Virus record (IMG/VR): IMGVR_UViG_3300017971_000177 | Direction: 5' to 3' (one strand) | Source of the DNA: a virus | DNA: 29,432 nucleotides | Shown: positions 7,866-13,646 of the stretch, one piece after another | How positions within the stretch are numbered: the stretch's first letter is position 1 | How the letters are laid out: the number at the start of each line of letters is the position of its first letter | Notes under the pieces: model-generated | The model's database searches: none | Seen by the model: the letters and a program-made list of their open reading frames with translations, nothing else | Told to the model about the DNA's origin: nothing | Made by a program: the position numbers and the translations under genes

Positions 7866-8216
7866 TCACACCTTATACTTACTTAGGTCTTCCTTGACAC
7901 GTACTGCCAGGGTCTGTTGACCGAAGGCGTTCACCATCTGTGGCCTGAGAATGATCTTCGTGCCGGTCCAGTCCTCTACGTTCTGACTGCCTGCGATCTT
8001 AGCGATCACCTTAGCGTTCGTCTTATTCAGGACCATCATCTTGTCTGCCTCTTTGAACGAGACAACTACAACGTCCTCTTTTTCCCGCCCGTTGAAGGCT
8101 TCATCGATACCGACCTTGTCGATCGTTACTGTTACCTCTTTTCCGTCGAGGTCTTCCCCTGCTATGAACCGGTAGTCGTAATTTTTTTTCCAGGGACCTT
8201 TTAACACTTTTTTCAT
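7866..8216 (-). CDS. Hypothetical protein (116 aa)
   Basis: ATG-initiated ORF upstream of the exonuclease. An ssDNA-binding or annealing role is only a positional guess. Confidence 0.6.
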   Translation of the reverse strand: MKKVLKGPWKKNYDYRFIAGEDLDGKEVTVTIDKVGIDEAFNGREKEDVVVVSFKEADKMMVLNKTNAKVIAKIAGSQNVEDWTGTKIILRPQMVNAFGQQTLAVRVKEDLSKYKV

Positions 8217-8217
8217 G

Positions 8218-8646
8218 TTACTTGTTTTTAATTAATACTTGATATTTATTAACTGCATCCTGATAGTTATCAAAATAACCACCTTGAATGTATTTATTAT
8301 CCTTTCTTATTATCACTCTCCACTTATTATTGTGTTTAGACCAGTATACTCCCTTTGGTTTATTTTTACGATGGGACACGTTTTGTTATACTGTTAACAA
8401 TCTTAAGTTCTCAATCCTATTGTCATCCTTGATATGGTTGATGTGATCTATTACTAATCCATCAGGTATTTTTCCATAGTGGAGCTCCCATATAACTCTA
8501 TGAACTAAATAGGCTTTACCTTTTAATCTAAACATTAAGTACCCAGTGTTCATTTTTGTACCAACTTGCTTACCAATCCAATTCCTGGGTGATAACTTTA
8601 CTTTCCAGTACAACTTTCCATCTTTATACTCAACATAGTCGTTCAT
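8218..8646 (-). pseudogene. HNH-AP2 homing endonuclease interrupted by an in-frame TAA (8386..8388)
   Basis: The N-terminal part has LVHRVIWELHYGKIPDGLVIDHINHIKDDNRIENLRLLTV, then TAA. The same frame continues QNVSHRKNKPKGVYWSKHNNKWRVIIRKDNKYIQGGYFDNYQDAVNKY (AP2-type DNA-binding domain) to a TAA at 8218..8220. Confidence 0.8.
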
Positions 8647-8706
8647 ACCACCAAAACCCCGCCAGGTACAGGACTTGGCAGGGTGGTGCGGGGCGTTCAG
8701 TGGTAG

Positions 8707-8931
8707 TTACTCTTCCATCAGGAAATCCTTGGTCTGATCATGCCACAGTTGGAACTTATCGCCATCGCAATACATGTCTATGTCAGCCAGGTCCTGGGCG
8801 GCTTCGAGTAGGGTCTGCAACCCTTCGGCTGCCTTGGTTTTCTCTTTCGTGTTGGACTTCCTGATCAGCCTGTCATAGTAGTACTCAAACCTGTCTTCCA
8901 GGCCGTCTATCAATACTTGTGTTGTGTCCAT
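8707..8931 (-). CDS. Hypothetical acidic protein (74 aa)
   Basis: The ATG at 8931 lies 1 nt after the upstream stop. The track start at 8940 is TTG. Confidence 0.55.
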   Translation of the reverse strand: MDTTQVLIDGLEDRFEYYYDRLIRKSNTKEKTKAAEGLQTLLEAAQDLADIDMYCDGDKFQLWHDQTKDFLMEE

Positions 8932-8932
8932 C

Positions 8933-9301
8933 TTAGTCAATTAACGTTAGTTTATCCTCAGCCACACTGGTGTGGTACTCCTTGCCATCATAGTGATACT
9001 TAATTCTATACTCACTGCCACGCTCTGCAGGGTTGAACGCAACCAGGGTACAGAATTCTATGTCATGGTACTCTTTCGTGTCCCAGTCATAGTGCTGGGC
9101 GGTGGTCGAGTACTCACTATGGAGTTCGTGCACCGGATTAGGTATTCCATTTCTTACTACGTCCAGAACCATGTCCAGGCGGTAACTGTCTTTAAGGACC
9201 TCCACTAAGAACACAGCCAGGTCCTGATCATTACCCATCTCATTTACTAGCATCGTTGCCACTTGCTCGATAGGCAGTTCAATTTGAATTGTCTTACTCA
9301 T
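8933..9301 (-). CDS. Hypothetical acidic protein (122 aa)
   Basis: ATG-initiated ORF in the early operon. Confidence 0.6.
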   Translation of the reverse strand: MSKTIQIELPIEQVATMLVNEMGNDQDLAVFLVEVLKDSYRLDMVLDVVRNGIPNPVHELHSEYSTTAQHYDWDTKEYHDIEFCTLVAFNPAERGSEYRIKYHYDGKEYHTSVAEDKLTLID

Positions 9302-9342
9302 TTTTATTAAGGTTTGATGGTCCTGGTGGACCGGTTAATTAA

Positions 9343-9528
9343 TTACAACTCGATCTTAGGCAGGTGTGTCTCACGAGCCAGGTCATACTTCCTTGTGATG
9401 TGGTCGTCATACAGGCGCTCTAACAACGTCTCCAGGTAGTTCTTGAGCGGGCGGTTCTCAGCCTTGGCTAACTCTACCAGGTGTGTGTGCGACTCTTCTT
9501 TGATAACGATTGACTTTAATTTAGGCAT
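9343..9528 (-). CDS. Ribbon-helix-helix (CopG/Arc-like) DNA-binding protein
   Basis: N-terminal beta strand KSIVIKEESH followed by helices LVELAKAENRPLKNYLETLLERL. Confidence 0.6.
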   Translation of the reverse strand: MPKLKSIVIKEESHTHLVELAKAENRPLKNYLETLLERLYDDHITRKYDLARETHLPKIEL

Positions 9529-9583
9529 TTTTTAATTGTTTTTTTATGTTATTCATTCAATGGTGTAAAGATATATATAATGT

Positions 9584-9778
9584 TTATACGTTCGACACAG
9601 TTGGCCGTATTTTTTTATTATACCTATCAGGTACGTCAAACTTAACTCCCATCTTTAACAGGGATTTGATCATGTGATTCTCCAGGTTCTCACTGACACT
9701 TGTTTTGTACTTACGGCACAACTCCTGGAATTCAGTGTGTACCTCACTGTTGACATAGATAGTTACTTTTTTATTCAT
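9584..9778 (-). CDS. Ribbon-helix-helix DNA-binding protein, first gene of the early operon
   Basis: MNKKVTIYVNSEVHTEFQELCRKYKTSVSENLENHMIKSL fits the RHH pattern. The alternative ATG at 9841 would translate through the operator palindromes. Confidence 0.6.
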   Translation of the reverse strand: MNKKVTIYVNSEVHTEFQELCRKYKTSVSENLENHMIKSLLKMGVKFDVPDRYNKKIRPTVSNV

Positions 9779-9784
9779 GGTTGT

Positions 9785-9856
9785 AAATTTATACGTACAA
9801 AGATACAAATTTATACGTATAAATGGCACAGTTTTGATCATTTTGTACGTACAAAG
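9785..9856 (-). promoter_or_regulatory. Early promoter with three TACGTA-core operators
   Basis: O1 is at 9787..9802 (hybrid half-sites). O2 is ATTTATACGTATAAAT at 9809..9824 (perfect 16-mer palindrome). O3 is TTTGTACGTACAAA at 9842..9855 (perfect 14-mer palindrome). Centres are 22 and 32 bp apart. The minus-strand TAAATTTG (-7 box, plus-strand 9806..9813) overlaps O2. Confidence 0.55.
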
Positions 9857-9898
9857 TTTTTAGGGAACTGACGACGAAGACGCGAAAAAGATAGGTTG

Positions 9899-10056
9899 TG
9901 TAATACCAATGTAACAACTTGTAATATCCAATTTGTCTTATCTAGTCTATATTTATTACATTTATTACAATATTACAATAATGATAAAACTATATGGGAT
10001 CGTATATATATTTAATATTAGAACTTTCGATGGGGTGTAATATGTAATGTGTAATA
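9899..10056. repeat. Heptamer repeat cluster TGTAATA / TATTACA in the divergent intergenic region
   Basis: TGTAATA at 9899 and 9920. TATTACA at 9954, 9963 and 9971. Tandem TGTAATA-TGTAATG-TGTAATA at 10036..10056. Confidence 0.8.
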
Positions 10057-10093
10057 TAACTTGTGTCGGCTGGGATTATTGAAAATTTTTGCT

Positions 10094-10132
10094 TATCTTT
10101 GCCTCCCACATTGAAAACCAGTGTGTTATAAT
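10094..10132 (+). promoter_or_regulatory. Candidate promoter(s) for the plus-strand gene at 10147
   Basis: TATCTTTG (TAnnTTTG) at 10094..10101 and an extended -10-like TGTTATAAT at 10124..10132. Confidence 0.3.
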
Positions 10133-10146
10133 CGCTTAAACGGAAA

Positions 10147-10455
10147 ATGGCTGGAAATACCTTTGCTAATGATCGCGAACTCGCACGCGAAGCCGGCCGA
10201 AAAGGTGGCAAAGTAAAAAAATACGATGAGGCCTGGCTTCGACTCGGACATAAGTTAACCGGAGACCATGCTGAACACATCAGGAAGTACATGAATAAAC
10301 TTATTAGAGAGGGACGTGACGATGAGTTCTTTGAAAACTACCTAAAACTATTACAGTACTTCAAACCTAAGGTAATGGCACATGCAGTTAAAACCCAAAC
10401 TGAAATTACTTTCCGTTTCGAGTCAGGCGACAAAGAGTTATTCGAGGATATTTAG
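10147..10455 (+). CDS. Hypothetical protein with an N-terminal KGG motif; possible small terminase subunit or regulator
   Basis: NDRELAREAGRKGGKV at the N-terminus and LKLLQYFKPKV near the C-terminus resemble some small terminases. It is the only plus-strand gene between two minus-strand blocks. Confidence 0.6.
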   Translation: MAGNTFANDRELAREAGRKGGKVKKYDEAWLRLGHKLTGDHAEHIRKYMNKLIREGRDDEFFENYLKLLQYFKPKVMAHAVKTQTEITFRFESGDKELFEDI

Positions 10456-10548
10456 ATTTATTTCTAACGGCACGGAGTTATTCGGTGTGGTTTATTATTA
10501 TTTCGGCTTAAAAATGTCTTAGAATTGATCTATGGGCTTCTGGTGGGC

Positions 10549-10578
10549 AAAAAAAAGCCGGACAAATACATCCGGCTT
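10549..10578 (-). terminator. Rho-independent terminator of the accessory cassette
   Basis: On the minus strand the stem AGCCGGA / TCCGGCT with an 8-nt loop is followed by T8. Confidence 0.7.
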
Positions 10579-10586
10579 GAATCCAA

Positions 10587-10647
10587 TTAAGGTAGGTTTT
10601 TAATTAACCAGGTTAAGGTAGGTTTTTAATTAACCAGGTTAAGGTAG
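10587..10647. repeat. Tandem 26-bp repeat, about 2.3 copies (ttaaggtaggtttttaattaaccagg)
   Basis: Exact copies at 10587..10612 and 10613..10638, plus a 9-nt partial third copy. Confidence 0.9.
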
Positions 10648-10747
10648 TTAATATTATTTCAACTATCGTGCCAATAAGCCAGGCAATGGCTGATCCCCAA
10701 ATGACCAGGCACAATATGAACAGTGTTATGATTATAAACAGTATCAT
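10613..10747 (-). CDS. 44-aa hydrophobic micro-protein (MILFIIITLFILCLVIWGSAIAWLIGTIVEIILTTLTWLIKNLP)
   Basis: The ATG forms an ATGA overlap with the stop of 10744..11025. The sequence is predicted to be membrane-spanning. It is below the track cutoff. Confidence 0.5.
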   Translation of the reverse strand: MILFIIITLFILCLVIWGSAIAWLIGTIVEIILTTLTWLIKNLP

Positions 10748-11025
10748 TCTGGTATCAGTTCAAATACTATATCAATATCATAGTAATCCTTAAAACCAAG
10801 GCTTTTGATTTCGTAGTGGTATCCATCATTAAAATCACTAAAAATAAGTGTGGTTATCAATACATCCTGGTTAAATTCAAGGTGAAACAACTTGTGGATA
10901 TTACTTAAATTATATTCACTAAATTCCAGGGTGAATGTTATTTTACCTTTACTCGTTTTGATCACAGGGAAGTCATCCAGATCAAAATGAGACAAAATTT
11001 TGTTAAATACTTCGTTTGAATTCAT
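10744..11025 (-). CDS. Hypothetical small acidic protein (93 aa, no Arg)
   Basis: ATG-initiated ORF in a very AT-rich segment. Confidence 0.6.
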   Translation of the reverse strand: MNSNEVFNKILSHFDLDDFPVIKTSKGKITFTLEFSEYNLSNIHKLFHLEFNQDVLITTLIFSDFNDGYHYEIKSLGFKDYYDIDIVFELIPE

Positions 11026-11100
11026 ACTAATTTATTTATTATAGGGTTATTATTATTATCGTGCCTGGGGTTGCCAGGATCACAGTATGCTGAGTGTGGA

Positions 11101-11129
11101 TAAAAAAGGGGGATCATCTCTGATCCCCA
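11101..11129 (-). terminator. Rho-independent terminator after the 161-aa gene
   Basis: On the minus strand GGGGATCA-gaga-TGATCCCC (8-bp stem) is followed by CTTTTTT, 7 nt after the stop codon. Confidence 0.7.
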
Positions 11130-11135
11130 TTCGAT

Positions 11136-11621
11136 TTACTTTTTGGCTTTTTCAGCCTGGGCTTTTTCAGCCTCCTTTTTGGCCTGGGCTTCTTTTTTGG
11201 CGGCTTCTTTTTCCGCCTTTTGTTTAGCCAACTTTTCCTCACGTTCTTTTGCCTTTTGGGCTTTTATTGCCTCAGGAAAAGTTTGTACCCACTTTTGAGG
11301 CACAGGCTTTTTAATGGTTTTGAAATAACTTTCAATAACAATTTGCCTGTTATTTCCCCCAATTCCGGCGGCTGGTTTTGATCCCTTCAAAACCTGGGCA
11401 CCAATTTCCTCCATTACAAAGGAAATATTTTGAAACCTTAATGGGTATTGGTTTGCCTTACGTCCAAACTTTTTTTCCAATTCCCTGAAAAAATCAACTT
11501 TTTTGAATTTTTCTTTTTTGGCCTGAAGTTTGGTCATTTCGACATAAACATCTAGGCATGCCTGGAATTCTTCCACGGTCCATGCCACGGGTTCATTTAC
11601 CCTGTTTTCTTTTTTGATCAT
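11136..11621 (-). CDS. Hypothetical protein with a Lys/Ala/Glu-rich, histone-H1-like C-terminal tail
   Basis: The C-terminal 45 aa read AQKAKEREEKLAKQKAEKEAAKKEAQAKKEAEKAQAEKAKK. The N-terminal domain begins WTVEEFQACLDVY...GRKANQYPLRFQNISFV. Confidence 0.7.
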   Translation of the reverse strand: MIKKENRVNEPVAWTVEEFQACLDVYVEMTKLQAKKEKFKKVDFFRELEKKFGRKANQYPLRFQNISFVMEEIGAQVLKGSKPAAGIGGNNRQIVIESYFKTIKKPVPQKWVQTFPEAIKAQKAKEREEKLAKQKAEKEAAKKEAQAKKEAEKAQAEKAKK

Positions 11622-11679
11622 AAAATTAAGAACTGTTTAATTAATAAATATGGAGTATTTCCCCATTTGAATTATAATA

Positions 11680-11706
11680 CAAATATACAAATAATATGTA
11701 TACAAA
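11680..11706 (-). promoter_or_regulatory. Bacteroidota-type promoter P1 (TTTG ... TATATTTG on the minus strand)
   Basis: The minus strand reads TTTGtatacatattatttgTATATTTG, about 60 nt upstream of the ATG at 11621. It is duplicated at 11849..11875. Confidence 0.45.
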
Positions 11707-11751
11707 CACACTTTTGGGTAAAAAAGTTTTAACTATTTTTAGTAAAAAATA

Positions 11752-11844
11752 CTAATGAGTCAAAAGTAATATAATACCCACGACCTGGATGATTGTATAA
11801 ACAATTGCCAGGACATTAAATACTAGGTTTTTTGAATTTTTCAT
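11752..11844 (-). CDS. Possible 30-aa hydrophobic micro-protein (MKNSKNLVFNVLAIVYTIIQVVGIILLLTH)
   Basis: The ATG lies 4 nt downstream of the P2 -7 box, so the mRNA would be leaderless or nearly so. One predicted TM helix. Confidence 0.35.
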   Translation of the reverse strand: MKNSKNLVFNVLAIVYTIIQVVGIILLLTH

Positions 11845-11848
11845 AGGG

Positions 11849-11875
11849 CAAATATACAAATAAAAAGTATACAAA
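11849..11875 (-). promoter_or_regulatory. Bacteroidota-type promoter P2 (duplicate of P1)
   Basis: The minus strand reads TTTGtatactttttatttgTATATTTG. The palindrome AGTAAAAAATACT lies upstream of both copies (11741..11753 and 11900..11912). Confidence 0.45.
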
Positions 11876-12081
11876 CCATAAAAAACATATAATACTTTTA
11901 GTAAAAAATACTGACAAAAAACTAATCAAAAACATATATGAATTGACTGGTATATAATCAAGGTCATATGTGAATAACCTATATATGAATGGGGCTGGTC
12001 ATATATAACCCATCAACATATATAACATATGTATATACATTGAATATGTCTACCATTGAACACCTGGTCAATGTATCTCTC

Positions 12082-12218
12082 TCTCGATCCCTGGGTTGTG
12101 GTGTCTCGATCTCCAGGCTGTCTCCCTCTCGATCTGTGGGTTGCCTCTCTCTCAGCCCAGGAGGCCAGGCTCTCTCAGCCCCCCAGGTGTGTGTCTCTCA
12201 ACCCAGGAGACGAGAGGC
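12082..12218. repeat. Array of six phased ~23-bp iterons (GC-rich island)
   Basis: Units start at 12082, 12104, 12127, 12150, 12173 and 12196. The first three begin TCTCGATC and the last three TCTCAGCC or TCTCAACC. Five of six contain CCWGG. Confidence 0.85.
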
Positions 12219-12324
12219 GCGCAACGGCCTCCACCCAACCAATTTCACAAAATACAACATCAGTAGAACTATTCAAATCCAATATATAAAAGGGGAAAGC
12301 TAAAATTTTTCAAGCCCGAAACGG

Positions 12325-13476
12325 CTAAACAGGGGACAATGTAAACTCCTTCCGGCCAGCCAGCAAATGACTTACAGCATAACGGGTGGCATCGATCAGG
12401 TGGTTCCAGGAATCATGAGGTTTACCAGTAGGTTCGCCAGAAGCGTTGGTAGCCCATCTATAATTCCTGAATTCTTTTATCAGGTTAACTGATCCAGAGT
12501 CAATATTAATAGGTATAGTCTTCATCAGATCAATCCCACTATTAATCGAGTCTCTTCCTTTTTTAGAGGGTATAATATCAAGTTTCTTGTTTCTTAATTC
12601 CTGAATCGACTTAGGTTCGGCGCTGTCAGCTACAACTGTTATATCCGGGCGTAGTAATCCTGCGATCATGTCATTAGTCAGTTCCAGTTTGTAGCAGCGT
12701 TCTCTTAACCACAGTTCGCCGCCGCTCAGTCCAACTTCTACTATACCAGTTGGGTGGACCGAGTAGCCGAAGTCCAATCCATACAGGGTCCTCTTATACA
12801 TTGCGGGCCAGTCAGCACTTGACCTAATAATAAAGTGTTTTCCTTCCTCGAAGATCATTCCTTCCAGTAGACCGAACTCCCCCTTAACGTACACTCTATA
12901 GAAGTTCTCATCGCCTTTAGCCCTGCGCTCGAGTGATTGAATGATAGACTCGTCCAGGTATGGGTTGTCATGATACGTGGAATGATCTACAAACACATTG
13001 TTAGTATCAAAGAACTCCTGTACCCAGAACGGACCGACAGGGTTGAACGAACCGAACATCAGTGGTGTCCTGATCTCCGCTTGGTCCCAGATGCTCCTCT
13101 TCACGTAGAACAGTTCGTCGAAGTAGGCTATGTCCTGGCGCATGCCGTGGAACCTGGATTCGTCGTCTGCAGGTATGAACGAGATGGTAGTGCCGTTGGG
13201 TACGTTGTAGATCATCTCTGACTTGTTGAAGGCTGAGGGGTCGAACTGGTCCTGCATCACATGCTTGATCCAGTCAGGGAACAGTGTCTTCTTGATGACA
13301 GGCATAGATTCACTACTGATGGTGATGCGTTTGTTAGGGTATTTGTGGGCGTAGATGGTGATATACTGAAGGATTGATATGGTCTTGCTCGAAGAGGAAC
13401 CACCGTAGCAGATGACAGTGTGGTTGCCGTCCTTGACAGCCTTGACTATGCGGGGGAAGACTTGGGTGAACTTCAT
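12325..13476 (-). CDS. terL: Terminase large subunit (PBSX/Terminase_3-like)
   Basis: Walker A ICYGGSSSSKT, Walker B DIAYFDE, and nuclease-half motifs LYGLDFGY, VVADSAEP and HLIDATRYAV. Confidence 0.85.
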   Translation of the reverse strand: MKFTQVFPRIVKAVKDGNHTVICYGGSSSSKTISILQYITIYAHKYPNKRITISSESMPVIKKTLFPDWIKHVMQDQFDPSAFNKSEMIYNVPNGTTISFIPADDESRFHGMRQDIAYFDELFYVKRSIWDQAEIRTPLMFGSFNPVGPFWVQEFFDTNNVFVDHSTYHDNPYLDESIIQSLERRAKGDENFYRVYVKGEFGLLEGMIFEEGKHFIIRSSADWPAMYKRTLYGLDFGYSVHPTGIVEVGLSGGELWLRERCYKLELTNDMIAGLLRPDITVVADSAEPKSIQELRNKKLDIIPSKKGRDSINSGIDLMKTIPINIDSGSVNLIKEFRNYRWATNASGEPTGKPHDSWNHLIDATRYAVSHLLAGRKEFTLSPV

Positions 13477-13646
13477 TAGACTATGGTAAAAGACTGAACA
13501 AGCTGAGCCGGAGAACCGACCCAGCCATGTTCAGAGTCCTTAATAAAAATCAAGTATGAGCACGATAAACAAAGTTTTACAAAATTAATTAAAAAATGGA
13601 TCAAAATGAAAAAATTGTTATAACTTCGTGAAATACAGTCTTTACT

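Noticed and set aside
7741-7871. A hydrophobic GTG-initiated micro-ORF in the gap between 7866..8216 and the exonuclease gene.
   Set aside because: It has no ATG, it would overlap the exonuclease N-terminus by about 40 nt in another frame, and nothing beyond hydrophobicity supports it.
8386-8388. Genome-wide reassignment of TAA as a sense codon.
   Set aside because: TAA terminates many clearly complete genes here, for example those ending at 19499, 20113 and 20738. No other gene shows in-frame stops, so the interruption is local to the HNH gene.
9779-9841. The longer 85-aa version of the first RHH gene, starting at the ATG at 9841.
   Set aside because: The extra 21 codons would be translated straight through the operator palindromes and the -7 box. 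The RHH beta strand begins right after the ATG at 9778.
12082-12218. Possible CRISPR array.
   Set aside because: The units are contiguous ~23-bp degenerate iterons with no unique spacers between them, and there are no cas genes. The architecture is wrong for CRISPR.
11989-12303. Plus-strand ORFs 11989..12303 and 12056..12289 (Ser/Leu/Pro-rich repeat 'proteins') over the iteron island.
   Set aside because: Two overlapping frames are open only because the TCTC/CCWGG repeat contains no stop codons. The translations are low-complexity echoes of the DNA repeat, and there is no credible start context. I treat the region as noncoding repeat DNA.
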